Notes: generated by a model from the letters alone, not told the origin. Positions 1 through 13,870 are shown, numbered from the stretch's first letter. The stretch: 64,000 bases of DNA from Eledone cirrhosa (GCA_964016885.1 OZ024760.1:34038001-34102000), one strand, 5' to 3'. Numbers and translations: made by a program.

Positions 1-2425
1 AATGTGGACATGGGCAAACCGCATCGGGTCATCCTGATCGTATTTAGATAGGGCGTTCTGTAGGGAAACAGTTAAGGCTAGTGTAGGTTGTCCACAATTT
101 AAAGTAGTCGACTACACGGACCACAAATTTGTGATCTGTCAAGTTGACTTAGATAGACTTAGATAGACTTAGATAGACAAGGGCCCGGCTACTGGATGCT
201 GAACGCGTCGTTCCCGGCGCGCAAAGCTTACAGAGACCGGATTAGCGAATTAGTTAAGCGTGCGTTGACGGGTGCGATCGTCAACAACAGGTGGTACCCT
301 GAAAAGGGCTATTAGAGTAGAATCGATAAGGTTTAGCAAAGTAGTAGTGATAGAGGAAAATGGAGTAGAGGGAGAGTTAGTTAGAAAGCTGGAAGAGGCG
401 TTTAGGACAGGCATCGCAACCGACGTGCTTACGGCGAGATTGGCACTCGACCAATTCTTCAACGCAAAGCAAGAAGGCTGCGTTGTCAGAGCTAGAGCGC
501 ATGCTCTAAGACACGAGGGGACGAAAGCCGTTCAATGGGCCCGGGTGGTGGAGGCGCGACGTGGAAACAAGTCCACAATTCGGTCTTTTCCTGATCAAAA
601 TGGGCGCATGCTGCTCGAACCCGAGCAGATGTGTGCGGCTTTTCAACAGCACTTGTTCGGGAGCGGCGGCGGACCGGATCGGAGTAGGGCTTCGGTGCAT
701 ACCTCGACGGACTGCTACGGCTCTCGACGACCACAGCGCAGTGCTGCGAAAAGCCGATAACAGCAGGTGAAATACGGGAAGCGATGTCTGACTGCACGAG
801 GGGTAAATCGCCAGGTTTGGATGGTCTGCCCTACGAGCTTATGCGTATATGCCAGACTTCGGCGACCTCTTGGCAGATGTCTACTGCAACTGGCAGCTGA
901 ACGGGAGCATTCCCAGTTTTGTGAGCCGGGGAGCGGTGGCGCTGCTGAGAAAAGACCCGAACAAGGGGGACATTATAGACAACTTCAGTCCCATAACTCT
1001 ACTAAACGTAGAGTTTAAGATTTTGGCCAAGGTGTTAGCAAAGAGATTGGCGCTTGTCATCGGTGATATGGTGGGAGAGGCGCAGACATGCGCCATTCCG
1101 GACAGATCCATCCACGACAACCTCCATCTCATGCGATACATCATAGAGAGGGTTGTTAAGGAACCTGGCACGGGTGGGGCCCTGATCAATTTGGATCAAT
1201 CTAAAGCATTTGATAGGGTCGACCATCGGTACCTGGCTGCGGTCCTCGAGGCGGCCGGCTTCGGGCCCATTTTTAGGGGCTGGATCGCTGCGATGCACAG
1301 CAACATCTGCTCGATTGTGAGGGTGAATGGTCACCTGTCGCAGCCTTTCAGCATCATGCGCTCGGTCCGCCAGGGTTGCCCCCTCTCGTCCCTCTTGTAC
1401 GTACTGGCCCTCGAGCCGTTACTGCACAAATTGGAGACGATGAGAAGGTCCCACGCGAACTGGGATGCGGAAGATCCGTGTCAGCTTACGCCAACGACGT
1501 CACCGTGGTGGTGCCGCGCACCAAACACGTCCAGATGCTCAGCACTACACCAAGAGAATACGAAGCGGTGACAGGTGCAAAGATAAACCAGGAAAAGTCG
1601 GTGGGCTTGCAACTCAACACCTGGAGAGACAAGTCCATGCTGTCCGACAGCGTCGTGGGGCACTGGACGGAAGGACAGGTTAAATTGCTCGGGTTCTGGT
1701 TCGGTCCGGACCTTCACATGGAGAAAAACTGGAACGAGGTGACGAACAGCGTGGCCTCCCTCACCCATAAATGGGCCGAGAGGAGGCTGTCTCTGAAAGG
1801 TCGGGCGGAGGTGGCGGATGCGTACATAGCGTCCGTCATCTGTTACCGCCTGGCCGTCGTCCCTTGCCCCCGCCCAACTCTGACCAAAAAATGGAGATAC
1901 GCGCAGGGCGACGAAACCGTCCTGCACGCATTCGTTCAGTGCCCGAGTATTGCTGACTTATTGAGCTATGTCGAACAGCTGCTGTCGCGTGTAGGACGGA
2001 TCCGGTTATCGACTGAGTCCATTGTGCAGATGGTCTCGCCGTCTTCCTTCGAGAAGGATAGCCCCGCCATCCTCCTTTAAAGAGGAGGAAGGGCAGGCAG
2101 TTTTCATCTGCCTGGTGGCCATGGCGAGAGAGATTGTGTGGTGGACAAGGTTGAAAGGGTTGAAGACGAATACTTTCCTCTTCGGCCAATCCCTGATTAA
2201 CTTTTTCAAGTTTCACTTAAATAGGAAAAAGAGGTTTCCCCCTTTTGGGGGAATTTTTGTTGTTTGAATTTTTTTAATTTCTAGCCCGATTTTGTTATAA
2301 CCTGTTTACACGACCAAAACCCACTTTGTATCGTCCTGTACTGTTCTGTGCCGTCTCTAATGTTTTTCTTCGTGTTAGCCTCTGTGGCCAATAAAGAAAT
2401 CATCATCATTATTATTATTATTAAA
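1..2425 (+). mobile_element. Tx1/L1-clade non-LTR retrotransposon, degenerate ORF2 (endonuclease end, RT), runs off the window at its 5' end
   Basis: Frameshifted ORFs with RT motifs (KSPGLDG, LDQSKAFDRVDH, SVRQGCPLS, AYANDVT). Colinear with the longer copy at 47700-52600 but internally deleted near 1890. Ends in GCCAATAAAGAAATC(ATC/ATT)n. Confidence 0.9.
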
Positions 2426-2780
2426 GTACCAGTGATGTACTGGGTAATTGGTGGCCTTGTGCCAAAAGTAGAAACGATTATTATTATTATTATTATTATT
2501 GCATTATTATTATTATTATTATGGATAATTGCTGGCCTTGTGCCAAACGTAGAAACAATTATTTTATTATTTTACTTTGCTTTTCCTCCTTTTTTTCTGT
2601 TTGCTATAATCTTAATCTCTCTATTTTCAGTTTCACGGATTAATCATCAGATTTCAAAGAGACCCCCCCCCCCCCCCCTCCATCATTGCAAGAAATACTT
2701 TGAAGAATTATGCCAGGAAAAGGGAAGGCTATTAATTGTGACATTTCCAGTCGATCCTCCATGGAAACATAGCTGACAAA

Positions 2781-3884
2781 ATGAGAATATTAACGATGTA
2801 TTTACTTAAAATAATGTCATCTCTCCGCTTTGGAATCCAGAAGATAGCCACACTTCTCTGTCTCTTTATTGTGGTTGCATTCATGTTTATGAATACACAT
2901 TTTCCTGAAAATTCCAACACAGCCAGACGTGTAAGCCAGCGTCTGGTGATAAAGGCAAAATCTCGTCACCACTGGAACAGAACTATTTCATGGAATCTTG
3001 AAGAGTTGTTTGTCAAGAAAGTTATACAACCTCCTTGTTGCCCTCATTGCTTGTTTGTCATTTTAATCATTTCTGCTCCCAGCAATGTTGAAAAGCGGAT
3101 GGCGATTCGCCAGACCTGGTGCCAGCCCCCAAATTCCTCCAGACATACTGGAGAAGGAAATGGTGTTGGTATTAATGCTGCAGTTGGTCTAAAGACATGG
3201 CAATGTGTGTTTCTTATTGGCCAGACAAGTGATGTGAAAACAAAGTTAGCAATCAACCAAGAAATGGAAGTTCATCGTGATATCCTGATCGGGAGTTATA
3301 TTGATACATACCGTAATTTAACGTTGAAAGTTTTCCATGGTTTCTATTGGGTCCACAGCAGTTGCAAACCTAAGTTTGTTTTAAAGACAGATGATGACTG
3401 TTTCGTAAACACTCACCTTCTCTATCGCTTGCTCACCAATTCCAACAGCAGCATAGAAAAACAGAGGATTTATGTGGGCGATATAAACTTGAGTCTCAAG
3501 AAAAGGATTGTATTGAGAAATACTGACAGTAAATGGAAAGTAAAAAAAGCTGAATATGGTAAACGGTACTACCCTCCTTATGCCCGTGGATTGGGTTATA
3601 TATTGTCATCAGATGTCATCACCAAAATGTTGGACATTAGTAAATACTTTAAACCTTTTCCCAATGAGGATGCTTTCGTTGGTATGATTTTGAATTTCTT
3701 GGGTATAGCTCCAATTAAAAGCCAGAGGTTTACAAGCCTTCCCACTGGTTGGACGATATGTAACTTTCTCTACCTTCTCGTCATACATAACATTTCTCCA
3801 GCTTCACAGAAAACTCTTGAGAATAAAACGAACCACGCTCCTTTGATTTGCAAAGGGCAGCATTTCATAACCACATGGAACTGA
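2781..3884 (+). CDS. Beta-1,3-galactosyltransferase / GT31 family type II membrane glycosyltransferase, 367 aa, single coding exon
   Basis: N-terminal TM (IATLLCLFIVVAFMFM) and GT31 motifs LIISAP..R.AIRQTW, VFLIG, DTYRNLTLK, FVLKTDDDCFVN (DxD), YPPY..GLGYILS, EDAFVG. A polypyrimidine/CAG acceptor ends at 2630 upstream. Confidence 0.93.
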   Translation: MRILTMYLLKIMSSLRFGIQKIATLLCLFIVVAFMFMNTHFPENSNTARRVSQRLVIKAKSRHHWNRTISWNLEELFVKKVIQPPCCPHCLFVILIISAPSNVEKRMAIRQTWCQPPNSSRHTGEGNGVGINAAVGLKTWQCVFLIGQTSDVKTKLAINQEMEVHRDILIGSYIDTYRNLTLKVFHGFYWVHSSCKPKFVLKTDDDCFVNTHLLYRLLTNSNSSIEKQRIYVGDINLSLKKRIVLRNTDSKWKVKKAEYGKRYYPPYARGLGYILSSDVITKMLDISKYFKPFPNEDAFVGMILNFLGIAPIKSQRFTSLPTGWTICNFLYLLVIHNISPASQKTLENKTNHAPLICKGQHFITTWN

Positions 3885-3918
3885 GCAGACTTCCATAAAC
3901 TTGAAACAGAAATTTTGA

Positions 3919-3919
3919 T

Positions 3920-3966
<47 letters not shown>

Positions 3967-4012
3967 ATCATCATCATCATCATCATCATCATCATTATCA
4001 TCATCATCACCA
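3919..4012. repeat. (ATC)n microsatellite just downstream of the GT31 stop
   Basis: Direct reading. Confidence 0.95.
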
Positions 4013-4572
4013 TATGTCTGCTTTTCCATGTTTGCAGGGGTCCTCTCCAACACAGTGTTCCCCCATTCATCGTTTTCCTTCATCATCTCCTCTGTGAGTT
4101 TCAGAGGTTTGAGAATTAGTTCTCACCCCCTCATCCCAAGTCTTCCCTGGTCTTCTACTGTCTCTCCCTTCCACTAGGAACATCTTAATCCCAAATATTT
4201 GTTAGCCCAAATTCTATAATCAATCTTGTTTGCCCCTATTCCAAAATATATTGCGTTAAGTCAATCTGAAGTACATGTTTGCCCCCTAATAGACTTGGTC
4301 TACCCATTCCTAAACCTACCTTACCCATTTGTTACACAATATATATTTGCCCACATTCTGTAATAAATCTTATTCCCTCATTCCACCCCAACCCACGCCC
4401 TTATTGACCCACAACAATTGTTTGCCCTCATCTTATCATATAACTTGTTCAGCCATTCAAAAAACTCATTTTGTCGACCCAATCGCAATTATTTGTTTGG
4501 TCTTCATTCTATATAATATATTGTATTCACCCATTCCAAATGACTGAATACATTATTTATATCCTAATAAGG

Positions 4573-4830
4573 AGCGGTGGATTGGCCGGAATCGGTAGAG
4601 CGCTGGACAAAATGCTTGGAAGTATTTAGTTACGACTTTCTACGTTCTGAGTTCAAATCTCGCCGAGGTCGACTTTGCGTTTCATCCTTCTGGGTTGATA
4701 AAATATAATACCAGTAATTTACTGGGGACATTAAAATAAAATACCAGTAATTAACTGAGGTTGTTAACCCCCCCCCCCCAATCCCCCACATCCTTCCCTC
4801 TGAATTGCTGACTTTGTGCCAATAAATAAC
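4573..4830 (+). mobile_element. tRNA-derived SINE
   Basis: A-box-like TGGCCGGAATCGG, B-box GAGTTCAAATC and the shared core CTTTGCSTTTCATCCTT..GGT(C/T)GATAAAAT..TACCAG, seen again at 23272, 35160 and 44140. Confidence 0.75.
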
Positions 4831-4981
4831 TATTTATATTCTTATATTCTTATAATTAAATTACCAAAGTCATGTGACCAGTCATGTGACCAGTCATGTG
4901 ATTTGTTGTGAAAAAATATTTTGTTTCTATTTGTATTTTTATTTCTTTGTATTTTTGTTATTTAATTTTGCAGCACAGATT

Positions 4982-5432
4982 TGTGTTGCTGTTGTTGTTG
5001 TTGTTGCTGCTTTTGTTGTTGTTGTTGTTGTGGTGGTGGTGGTGATAGTAGTGGTGGTGGTGGTGTTGGTGGTGATAGCGGTGGTGGTGATAGTGGTGGT
5101 GGTGGTGGTGGTGGTGGTGGTGTTGGTGGCGGTGGTGTTGGTGGCGATGGTGGTGTTGGTGGTGGTGATAGTGGTGGTGGTGTTGGTGTTGGTAGTGTTG
5201 GTGGTGGTGGTGGTGGTGGTGGTGTGGTGGTGGTGGTGGGGGGGTGATAGTGGTGGTGGTGGTGTTGGTGATGGTTGTGTTGGTGGTGGTGGTGATGATG
5301 GTGTTGGTGGTGTTGGTGTTAGTGGTGGTGGTGGTGGTGGTGATAGTGGTGATGGTGTGGTGGTGGTGGTGGTGTTGGTAGTGGTGGTGGTAATAGTGGT
5401 GGTGGCGGTGGTGGTGGTGGTGTTGGTGTTGG
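4982..5432. repeat. (TGT)n/(GGT)n trinucleotide low-complexity tract
   Basis: Direct reading; the poly-V/T/H/G ORFs here are artefacts. Confidence 0.9.
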
Positions 5433-5690
5433 CCGTGACACACTTCATGCTGTTGCTGTTGTTTCAGTATTAAAGATCACCTGTAAACAGAACCAGTTTG
5501 AGAAGGTGGTGAGCTGCCAGACATTGCATGAGAGACCCTAATGATAAGAATTCTCAACCCAGTTATCAACACCTCATGAGAATATCTTCACCTTAATAAG
5601 CTGTTCATTTTAAACTGTTTATATTTATCTAAATATATACATATATGTATATACATATATACATATATCTATATACATACACACATTTAC

Positions 5691-5725
<35 letters not shown>

Positions 5726-5763
5726 TACATAAATATACATATATGTATATACGTACACGCATT

Positions 5764-5835
<72 letters not shown>

Positions 5836-5838
<3 letters not shown>

Positions 5839-6185
5839 AGGCACATGTCTTAGTGGTTAGAATATTGGCCTTGCAATCGAAGGGTTGTGAGTTCAATTCT
5901 CAGACCGGGTGATGTGTTGTTTCCTTGAGCAAGACACTTTATTTCACATTGCTCCAGTTTACTCAGCTGTAGAAATGAGATGATAGGGACTGGGGTCCAT
6001 ATCATTCCACTGCAAAGTGGTCGTGGAGGTGCCACGGCAAAAAAGCACCCAACACTCACTGTAAATGAGGTTGGTGTTAGGAAGGGCATCCAGCTGTAGA
6101 AATCAAGCCAACTTCAGTTCCCGTCCCACCCTTGCAAGCAGGGAAAAAGCGGACGTAAAATGAAATGAAATGATGATGATAATGA
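5836..6185 (+). mobile_element. tRNA-derived SINE (second family)
   Basis: GGAGGCACATG..TTAGTGGTTAG...GTGAGTTCAATTC...CTTGAGCAAGACACTTTATTTCAC core, with a (TGA)n tail. Relatives lie on the minus strand at 8240-8570, 27340-27545, 28335-28655 and 29840-30070. Confidence 0.75.
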
Positions 6186-6407
6186 TGTATATATACAGAT
6201 AAATCTACCACTCAACGGTAGGGTCTAAACCGTATAAAGAACTCAATGTAATCCGTATGTAGATGTCGTGAAGCAAAGTTTAAAATACAAACATTTTTTT
6301 ATCAACGATATAATTTCATTGTTTTAATATTTCTATATATATATACATATATATATGTATATACATACATACATAAATATACATATATGTATATACATAC
6401 ACGCATT

Positions 6408-6487
<80 letters not shown>

Positions 6488-6524
6488 CATGAATATATGT
6501 ACATACATACACACACAAACATTT

Positions 6525-6568
<44 letters not shown>

Positions 6569-6621
6569 TTCCATCGTAATTTTCAATGAGAAATGTTGAT
6601 ATATTCCAAACAGCAGCTTAA

Positions 6622-6811
6622 CCCTTTAACTTTTAAACTGGTCCTATCTCACCAGAATTCTCTCACCTCTTTCTGTTCAAATCGGCCATAACCGGCCTCT
6701 AATACTGATGTTAAGGTATTGTTCTCAAAATATATAATATCAAAATCTCATACATTCAATATTATGTGAGAAAAATACAATAATATATAGAGTAGTGTAA
6801 ATGGTAAAGGG
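6622..6811. mobile_element. piggyBac-like MITE
   Basis: TTAA-CCCTTTA...TAAAGGG-TTAA termini. Confidence 0.5.
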
Positions 6812-7672
6812 TTAATGATGAGGAAGTTTGTTATAAAATCTTTGTTAAGTTATGTTCCAAATAGCAGCTAAATAACGAAAAAGTTAGTTATAAAATCTTC
6901 CATCATAATTTCATGTAAGAACCTTTGTTAAGTTACATTCCAAATTGCAGCTAAATCCTTCTAAATGTTTTTATTCTTATCAGTTAACTAAAATTACACA
7001 CACATGCGGATACACACATATAGATATGTACACACACATACATATACAGTGACAAGCACACAAACCCACACACACATACACACACATACACACACACACA
7101 TACAGACACATATAAATACACAGACACATTCAGACACACATAAATACGCATACACACACACACATAAACACACACACACACACACACATAAACACATACA
7201 CACACATGCACTCACACATAGACACATACACACATACACACACACAGACATATACACGCATATAGACACATACACGCACACATATACACACACAGAGACA
7301 CATAGACGCACACATGCACACACACATGCACGCATATACACACTCATATACACACACATGCACAGGCACACATCGACACACCACTCTCATGTCTCTTTCT
7401 AACGCTGTAAGCGACATCAAAACCATGTCGTGATGTGGTTGAAGATTTGCAATTACTGCAGGTTGGTAAAAAAAACTAAAACAATAGACGAACAGACACG
7501 CGCACACACAACACACACATGCACACACACACAGCACACACACATACACAACATACATACACACACATACACAACACACACACAACACACACACATATAC
7601 AACACACATACACAACACACACACAACACACACACAACACACATACACAACACACACACACACACATACACA

Positions 7673-7705
<33 letters not shown>

Positions 7706-8107
7706 CACACACACACACATACACAACACACACAGACACACACACACATGCTAATGGTAGTCTTCATACATAGAACAAGCGGCGGTGAAGCAGAATTAAA
7801 AAAAAGTGTCGAATGCGTGATATGAGAATGTTAGCTGCATGAACAGAGAAGTATCTCAATATTATGTATCTGCAGTAACAGCATGTCAAAATCAGACCTG
7901 ACATCGTCATCTAAACATATTTGGGTGCTAAAGGAATTGGAATGTACTCTACCAATGCAATGCAGTAATGAACTTTAGTATTAGTACTCACGAACTTTGA
8001 TATAAACATTATACAACAGGCTAGAGACACACACTTGTGTGTATGTACACGTGAAACTAATAAGCCTTTGTTTGTACTGCCTCTCTGTTTTGTTCCCGTT
8101 CCACTTT

Positions 8108-8151
<44 letters not shown>

Positions 8152-8239
8152 TATATATATACATATATTTGTACATATATATATATATACACACATATAT
8201 ATATATGTATGTAAATATATATATATACATAAAAAATAC

Positions 8240-8570
8240 CCCCTTCGGTCACGAATGGCCATGGGATTTGCACCTAGAAAGTTTTCCTCCGAGGCACAAG
8301 TCCAGGCAAGGTTGTTTGTGGAAGACCAATAGTCGCCCATGCATACCAGTCTCCTCTCTCCACGCCACCGATGAGGTCCAAGGGAAAGGCAATGGCCGAT
8401 ACAGCTTGGCACCAGTGACGTCGCAACTCATTTCTACAGCTGAGTAAACTGGAGTAGCGTGAAATAAAGTGTCTTGCTCAAGGAAACAACACATCACCCG
8501 GTCCGAGAATTGAACTCACAACCTTTCGATTGCAAGCCCAATGCTTTAACCACTAATCCATGCGCCTTCA
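8240..8570 (-). mobile_element. tRNA-derived SINE
   Basis: Reverse-complement head GAAGGCGCATGGATTAGTGGTTAAAGC...GTGAGTTCAATTC and the same core as 5836. Confidence 0.75.
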
Positions 8571-8658
8571 CTATGTATACATACACACATATATATATAT
8601 ATGTATATATATATGTATATATATATGTATGTATATATATGTATATATATATATATAA

Positions 8659-8762
<104 letters not shown>

Positions 8763-8794
8763 ATATATGTATATATATATATATATATATATAA

Positions 8795-8876
<82 letters not shown>

Positions 8877-8878
<2 letters not shown>

Positions 8879-9774
8879 TTGCGAGGAAATGTATGATATG
8901 TAAGGTAAACCCCCGGATAAACTGTAAAACTAGAAACGTAGTCTATAGCATAAGATGTACAGAGGGTACTTGCAGAAACATGACAACAACATACATAGGT
9001 GAGACAGCTCGTAGCATAGGTGAAAGGATAGACCAACACTAAAAGGACGAAAAAACGGTTCAGTACTATACGAACAGGCTAGTTCAGTACTATACGAACA
9101 TGACGGTAACATAGACAACATAGAAATTAGAATAATATCTAAACATAGAAATGACCCAGCAGATAGGCAAATCAGAGAGGCCAGTGAAATAGAAATTAGA
9201 AGACCAAGACTAAACAGAAAGAATGAATGGAATAACAACAACACCCAAACAAACAACACTGACCTAAGAGAAGTATAAATAAGTAAATAAAATAAAATAA
9301 AAAATAAATAAATAAATAAATAAATACACATGCACAATAACAACAAGCACATAAACACACACTAGTCACCCATCACACAGCAAACAAAACACTATACACA
9401 CACGCAAACGCATGCGCAAAGAAGACAAAATAAAATAAACAAACAAGCAAATAAATAAATAAATATATAGACAGACTGAATAAAAATGGCGTAGACATAC
9501 AATACAACAGGAGGAAACGATAACACCACTGACGATGTTGCAGATGTGCAATGAAAGATTTATGATAAACTATATATATGTGTTTGTGTCTATATTGTAT
9601 CTGTATTATTTTTGACCGTCGGTCAGTCAATGGCAACATTGAGGACCGATTAAGTTAGATTACCGATATAAAAGACACAGAAGCGAGAAACGAAAACCAA
9701 CCAAACAGTGAGTGTGTTCTGTTATTAATTCTGGCAATATTACACAAATATGACCCTCCCCAAGTATAACAATA

Positions 9775-9775
<1 letters not shown>
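8877..9775 (+). mobile_element. Penelope-like element, 5'-truncated (GIY-YIG endonuclease plus 3' pseudo-LTR), inserted in (TA)n
   Basis: [28 protein letters not shown]...[16 protein letters not shown]. Degenerate hammerhead near 9526-9566 (CTGACGA-TGTTGCA/TGCAAT-GAAA). 3' end ATGACCCTCCCCAAGTATAACAAT(AT)n. Confidence 0.8.
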
Positions 9776-9832
<57 letters not shown>

Positions 9833-9892
9833 TATACATACATATATATATACATATATATATTCATATATATATATATATATATATATGTG

Positions 9893-10169
9893 GGCGGGTA
9901 AAATTCCCGAGATCCATGGACGAGTTCCCTCATTATCGCTGCCATGTCCTGCGTCTCCAACAGACCAGTGTCTGTCCTTAGGGCATCAAAATACGTTAAC
10001 CTTGGTCTTCCTCTTCCAGTGTGTCCATGTAGGGGATCCCACAGGAGCACTGAGTGCAATGTCAATTCTGGATGTCAGTGAGCATGTCCAGCTAACCTCA
10101 GTGTCGTCTATGTCACTTTTGAGCTGACTTTTGGGAGGCTCCCATACAGCTCTGAGTTTTTCATCCTCA

Positions 10170-10172
<3 letters not shown>
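9893..10172 (-). mobile_element. RTE-clade LINE 3' fragment
   Basis: Near-identical to the 3' part of 17917-18365 ([11 protein letters not shown]...GSREFYPP). Confidence 0.75.
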
Positions 10173-10223
<51 letters not shown>

Positions 10224-10997
10224 CTTAATATGTGTGTGTGTGTGTGTATGTATGTGTAAATAAATAAATATATATATGTGTGTGTGTGTGTGCGTGTGTG
10301 TGTATGTACATATATATAGATAAGCAAAACTTTCCACAGTAATCGAAAATTAAGTGGAAATATACAGAAATATTAAAAGAATGTTTAATCCAACAAAAGA
10401 AATATTTCTATATTTGTTAGATCAGAAATATTTATTACAAATATTTATACAAGTTTCGATATATTGGTTCATTATGAAAGGATGGGAGGCAAAGTTGTCC
10501 TCTACGGGATTTGATCTGACAGGACAGAGAACCAATACTGCAAAGTATTCTATTCACTGTTCTAACGGTTCTGCCAATTCTCCGACTACCATAAACGAAA
10601 TCGATCGAACGATTGAATCGAATCGATCGACAAGATCCCAAATCCCATTCACTTACCAATTGGGGTGGAACTCATCAAATTGAACCAAGGAAACAATGTT
10701 TATATAAAAACAAATAACGAAACGAAATTAAATTACGTTTCGTTTGTAACTCACTTTTGTATGACTGACGCTTAAACAATTAAGTTAAGAATGTACATCC
10801 ACATATGTATACTGAAATACTAGTATGCATATGAATACACACACGTGTACATATGTAGATGTACCGAGTTTTTCACTGGACACTTTACTGTGAGTGTCCA
10901 GCTATTCTGTATGTAAACACACAGACAAACCGGTTTTTAGAGTCATACTGGTTATCGAGGAAACACCTTTCCTCTATTCTCCAGAAAACCAGACAGG

Positions 10998-11042
10998 AAT
11001 ATTGGACTAGTTTCGATGTTGTTACATCTCATCAGCAATATT
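10998..11042 (-). ncRNA. Minimal type I hammerhead ribozyme
   Basis: AAUAUUG-CUGAUGA-GAUG uaacaa CAUC-GAAA-CUAG-UC^-CAAUAUU on the minus strand. Confidence 0.85.
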
Positions 11043-12001
11043 TACCTATCTTCCGGCCTTTCTAGAGAATCGTAAAAGCACATATCGTTATATGCTTTTT
11101 CTATGAAAATTAGTAGTGGGCAGACTAATTTGCATAGAGCGTGAGTACGTACCGGTTCAGCGGAGACGATAAAAACAAATAACGAAACGAAATTAAATTT
11201 CGTTTCGTTTGTAACTCACTTTTGTATGACTGACGCTTAAACAATTAAGTTAAGAATGTACATCCACATATGTATACTGAAATACTAGTATGCATATGAA
11301 TACACACACGTGTACATATGTAGATGTACCGAGTTTTTCACTGGACACTTTACTGTGAGTGTCCAGCTATTCTGTATGTAAACACACAGACAAACCGGTT
11401 TTTAGAGTCATACTGGTTTTCGAGGAAACACCTTTCCTCTATTCTCCAGAAAGTCAGACAGGAATAGTGGACTAGTTTCGATGTTGTTACATCTCAACAG
11501 CAATATTTACCTATCTTCCGGCCTTTCTAGAAAATCGTAAAAGCACATATCGTTATATGCTTTTTCTATGAAAATTAGTAGTGGGCAGACTAATTTGGAG
11601 AATAGAGGAAAGGTGTTTCCTCGAAAACCAGTATGACTCTAAAAACCGGTTTGTCTGTGTGTTTACATACAGAATAGCTGGACACTCACAGTAAAGTGTC
11701 CAGTGAAAAACTCGGTACATCTACATATGTACACGTGTGTGTATTCATATGCATACTAGTATTTCAGTATACATATGTGGATGTACATTCTTAACTTAAT
11801 TGTTTAAGCGTCAGTCATACAAAAGTGAGTTACAAACGAAACGAAATTTAATTTCGTTTCGTTATTTGTTTTTATCGTCTCCGCTGAACCGGTACGTACT
11901 CACGCTCTATGCAAATTAGTCTGCCCACTACTAATTTTCATAGAAAAAGCATATAACGATATGTGCTTTTACGATTCTCTAGAAAGGCCGGAAGATAGGT
12001 A

Positions 12002-12046
12002 AATATTGCTGATGAGATGTAACAACATCGAAACTAGTCCAATATT
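12002..12046 (+). ncRNA. Minimal type I hammerhead ribozyme
   Basis: AAUAUUG-CUGAUGA-GAUG uaacaa CAUC-GAAA-CUAG-UC^-CAAUAUU; 7-bp stem I; predicted cleavage after 12039. Confidence 0.87.
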
Positions 12047-12311
12047 CCTGTCTGGCTTTCTGGAGAATAGAGGAAAGGTGTTTCCTCGATAACCAGTATG
12101 ACTCTAAAAACCGGTTTGTCTGTGTGTTTACATACAGAATAGCTGGACACTCACAGTAAAGTGTCCAGTGAAAAACTCGGTACATCTACATATGTACACG
12201 TGTGTGTATTCATATGCATACTAGTATTTCAGTATACATATGTGGATGTACATTCTTAACTTAATTGTTTAAATGTTTATATATATATATATATAAATAT
12301 ATATGTATATA

Positions 12312-12356
<45 letters not shown>

Positions 12357-12401
12357 GTATGTATATATATATATATATATATGTATGTGTATATATGTAT
12401 G

Positions 12402-12441
<40 letters not shown>

Positions 12442-12538
12442 TACATATATGTATATATATATGTATATATATATATACGTGTGTGTGTATGTATGTATAT
12501 GTATATATTTATATATATATGTATGTGTATACATATGT

Positions 12539-12570
<32 letters not shown>

Positions 12571-12991
12571 TTGTTTGTGTGCGTATCAAATCGATCTACA
12601 AGTTCCCAGAGTGAGGTGGAACTCGTAAAATCGGACCAAGGAAACAATGTTCCCATTGTTAGTATTACTACCCACCGCAACTCCTGGCAGAAGGAAAGAA
12701 ATAACAATCAACAATTCCATCATTTTTACATTTTATTTAAAAAATAGAAAATTTTACGCAGCAAACAAATTTTGCATCACTTAAAAATAATAAAACTGTT
12801 TACTGAATTATCAGTGCAGATGGACGGAGTCATTTTACACTGAGGTGTGATTGTCATTAAAATGGTATCGCCCGAATAGTTCTCTCTTCAGCGTCCAACA
12901 CAAAGTTAACCCTTGGTTCTCCTTAAAAAAAATATATTGTTTATAATTTAACCGGTTCGCGCGTATCATACAAACCGGAGTCCATGAAACC

Positions 12992-13055
<64 letters not shown>

Positions 13056-13765
13056 AAAGTTTTATTTAAAATTGTTGGGATACAACAAGTAAATATTTTA
13101 TAACTGATATAAAGCACTCGACAAGTTTTTGGAGTAGATATACGTTATTAATAAATGGAAACTATATTTATAAAACCATATTTATTTCATTATACATATT
13201 TCAGGAGATTAAACCCAAATTTTGGTATATTGATCTCAAGGTTTAAACTAAACATATAGTCATTATTAAACAATGTTTAATTTCTCATATTATATATCTA
13301 TGTCCCATTCATGAATATTAATATTTATATTTTTATTATTCATTTCATATGAATTGTTAACTCAACTTAACATGACATGACGTAAAGTTTTCATAATCTC
13401 CCTCTCTCTCTATATAACATTTCTCTCTCTTGAGTTTTTCTATCTGTCTGTTGACCTAATATCTCTCTGTTGCTTTCCTCTGTTTTTCTTATTTCTTCCT
13501 TTTTTCTTCTTTCTTCCTTTCCTCCTGTCTTTACTTATCTCTTTCTTTTTTTCTCCATGCATCTCTCTCTCCGATATTTCTCCACGTTTTTTCTTTCTCT
13601 CCGTCTTTTTTCTTTTTTTCTTTCTCTCCGTCTTTTTCTAATTGTCCTTAACACTATGACTTATTAAAGTTATATAAACAATTCACTATCCGGATGACTT
13701 CCAAAAACAATGGTTGCATTTTAATAGGGTACGTCAAAGCTTATTTGTAAAACTGTTATATCTTG

Positions 13766-13830
13766 TATTTTGTCTGATGAAGGCATACCATAATTTAATT
13801 TGGTATCCCTGAAATATGTATAATGAAATA
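13766..13830 (+). ncRNA. Minimal type I hammerhead ribozyme (same PLE-derived family as 19698 and 31326)
   Basis: UAUUUUGU-CUGAUGA-AGGcAUACCA...UGGUAUcCCU-GAAA-UAUGUA-UA^-AUGAAAUA. Confidence 0.7.
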
Positions 13831-13870
13831 AATATTGTTTTATAAATATAGTTTCCATTTATTAATATCG

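Larger units (their letters stand above)
10705..12272. mobile_element. Array of a 465-bp non-coding unit with a hammerhead ribozyme (about 1.9 direct copies, then about 1.5 inverted); retrozyme or PLE pseudo-LTR
   Basis: The unit start CAAATAACGAAACG recurs at 10711 and 11176; orientation flips at about 11597; each full unit has one hammerhead. Confidence 0.85.

Noticed and set aside
4874-5473. Poly-Val/Thr/His/Gly ORFs, and all YI/CV/HT ORFs elsewhere in the window
   Set aside because: These are translations of tri- and dinucleotide microsatellites.
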